Below are positions 62,226 to 64,000 of a stretch of 64,000 bases of DNA, one piece after another. The position numbers and the translations under genes are program-made. The first letter of the stretch is position 1. Every line of letters begins with the position of its first letter. The notes beneath the pieces were generated by a model. That model saw only the letters and a list, made by a program, of their open reading frames with translations, was not told the origin of the DNA and searched no databases. Source of the stretch: a virus (taxonomy: Duplodnaviria; Caudoviricetes); the IMG/VR virus record IMGVR_UViG_3300036803_000072, positions 13,314 to 77,313 of that record; one strand, 5' to 3'.

Positions 62226-63503
62226 ATGGCCAAGATCAACGATCTTGAGAAGATCAAACTCAGCAAAAGCGCACTGGACGCGACCCTGACGGCGCTGCTG
62301 GGCACCACCCCCGTGTACGCCGCTCGCAGTGGGCTACTCACGTTGAGCCACGGTGCGGCCGAGTACGCGGGACCGCTCATCGACGACGCCGTGGCCCCCC
62401 TGTGCGCCGAATTGGGTGTCACCGGGCTCGACGGTCTGATGGGCTACCTGGCCGGCGTGACCGGCCGCCCCCCGCGTGCCCTGACCCGCGCGCTGCGATC
62501 CCGGTCCATCGTTGACGCGCTGGCGCGGGTTTATGACGAGATCGGGCTCTACGATCGGGCCGATCAGGTGCGTACGTGGTTGGTCGATGATCTGCGATCG
62601 AGCGATCTGATCATCGCCGAGGGCACGGCGCGCGCTGATCGGGCGGCGTTGGCTGGTGATCTGCTTACCCGTGCGGCGGAGTTGCTGGCCGGGTGGCGGG
62701 CGGATAGTCCGAAGTTCAGTGCTCGGGGTGTCCCGTCGCTGGATGGTCGGGTGTTGGTGGCGGCTGCTCGGGCGTGGCAGGTGCGGGAGTTGTCCCCGGC
62801 GACGGCTACCTCGGCTCCGTCGGCGCCGTCGGCGAAGTATGCGAACCGTTTGGGTCGTACGGCGGCTGCGGTGGCGGCGTCGCGGTTGGGTAACGCGTGG
62901 CGGTCACCGGTGTGGGTGCCGGCGTTGGCGATCGAGGAGTCGTTGGCTTTGTTGATCGCGGTGGCTGAGGCGGTGTCGGTGCCGGGGTCGTTGGCGCAGG
63001 TTCGTCGGGGTGACCCGGAGTTTTCGGTCCGGCTGGGGGAGTCGACGGACACGGAGTTGGCTCGGTCGCAGTCGGCGTGGTGGCCGATTCTGGATTCGTG
63101 GGGCTCGACGTCGCGGTCGGTGGCGGGGTCGATTCCGACGGCGTGGCGGTTGACGGATGTTCAGGGCGATGTGGTGGTGTGGGCACTGTGCAGCGCGGCG
63201 TGCCGGTTGGCGGTGGCGGCGTCGGTTCCGACTCCGCAACGCGAGGGCGGCGAGCCGGTGGATCCTGTGTTGTCGTGGGAGCGGCATTTGGCGGCGCATC
63301 TGCCGAGGTGGGAGTCGGGGGCGGAGTCGGTGTGGTCACTGTTGAACCAGGGCCGTTTGGCGGGGGCGCGTAGTTCGTGGCCGGGTGCGGTGGTGCCGGT
63401 CTTGGATGATCCGGCGTCGTGGCCGTGGCGCCCGTTCCCGAACTACGACGAACCGTCGACTGATACACTGGCCATCGTTCCGGTTGCGGTTGAGGAGGCC
63501 TGA
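62226..63503 (+). CDS. Hypothetical protein (425 aa)
   Basis: AGGAG RBS before ATG 62226; no recognisable motif. Confidence 0.6.
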   Translation: MAKINDLEKIKLSKSALDATLTALLGTTPVYAARSGLLTLSHGAAEYAGPLIDDAVAPLCAELGVTGLDGLMGYLAGVTGRPPRALTRALRSRSIVDALARVYDEIGLYDRADQVRTWLVDDLRSSDLIIAEGTARADRAALAGDLLTRAAELLAGWRADSPKFSARGVPSLDGRVLVAAARAWQVRELSPATATSAPSAPSAKYANRLGRTAAAVAASRLGNAWRSPVWVPALAIEESLALLIAVAEAVSVPGSLAQVRRGDPEFSVRLGESTDTELARSQSAWWPILDSWGSTSRSVAGSIPTAWRLTDVQGDVVVWALCSAACRLAVAASVPTPQREGGEPVDPVLSWERHLAAHLPRWESGAESVWSLLNQGRLAGARSSWPGAVVPVLDDPASWPWRPFPNYDEPSTDTLAIVPVAVEEA

Positions 63504-63787
63504 TGGTGGCGAAGTGCGGGTGCAAGCGTGGCGCCGTGGTCAGGGAGTTGCGGGCTCAGTCACGTGGCGCGGAGGACTACCAGGCGAAGCTGCTGCGTGA
63601 AGCGGGCCAGCTCATAGAGGACGAGCACGCTAGCTACCTGGAGATGTGCGAGCGCTATCAGGAGTTACGCGACGCGCTGCGTCTGAGCAAGCGACTACAT
63701 CCCCAGGCGCACTGGGATCATCATCTGGCCCTGAAGCAGGCTTTTGTTCTGGCTCACCCTGTTCCGGCGACTACTGAGGAGATCTGA
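63503..63787 (+). CDS. Hypothetical protein
   Basis: TGATG overlaps on both sides. Confidence 0.55.
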   Translation: MVAKCGCKRGAVVRELRAQSRGAEDYQAKLLREAGQLIEDEHASYLEMCERYQELRDALRLSKRLHPQAHWDHHLALKQAFVLAHPVPATTEEI

Positions 63788-64000
63788 TGGGTGCACCGAG
63801 AATGTGCTGGGTACCACTTGAGCGGTGTGCGGACACTGAGGCGCTGGGTGGGGCGGTGTTCGCCTACCTGGATGGCCGGTGGGTGAATATCGAGACGTCG
63901 GAGGCGTGGGAGGGGGATCCGCTGGTCGATTTCGCCGGCACGGTGGAGTTGGCCCCGAAGTCCGCTGACTGTCTCTCGACTGACGCTGAGATCAACAATG
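63787..64000 (+). CDS. Hypothetical protein (partial, runs off the right edge)
   Basis: TGATG overlap; frame is open to the window end. Confidence 0.5.
   Translation, partial: MGAPRMCWVPLERCADTEALGGAVFAYLDGRWVNIETSEAWEGDPLVDFAGTVELAPKSADCLSTDAEINN

Overview
A 64-kb segment of a high-GC actinobacterial element, probably from a filamentous actinomycete. It encodes tailed-phage head genes and a Streptomyces-type plasmid transfer module, so it most likely represents a large conjugative phage-plasmid or plasmid-prophage (inference). Left part (1-26.8 kb, mostly minus strand): HK97-type portal; a MuF/gp7 minor head protein with a 325-aa intein that carries an antisense endonuclease gene with its own promoter and RBS; a 2H-phosphoesterase multidomain protein; a 3259-aa prohead protease + N6-methyltransferase + SNF2 helicase (DarB-like) polyprotein with a TnpV-like gene overprinted inside it; the major capsid protein; and an Ig-like decoration protein. 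The head cluster is interrupted by DUF932, Rpf-LysM and an inverted operon ending in dnaE. Middle (27-34.6 kb): a BldN-like ECF sigma factor and a GntR(Kor)/Spd/TraB(FtsK) module followed by a 10-bp-periodic repeat array (clt candidate). Right part (34.6-61.7 kb): dense leftward arrays of small accessory genes (DUF3307, CDF transporter, M50 and M41-like proteases, DEDDh exonuclease), many preceded by a conserved TGnTAnnnT-N6-TGTTCCGGT promoter signature. At 61.8-62.2 kb is a lower-GC intergenic region with a perfect 40-bp inverted repeat. No terminase large subunit, tail genes, integrase, Rep, rRNA or CRISPR array were recognised. All family assignments come from motif recognition by eye; no database searches were run.
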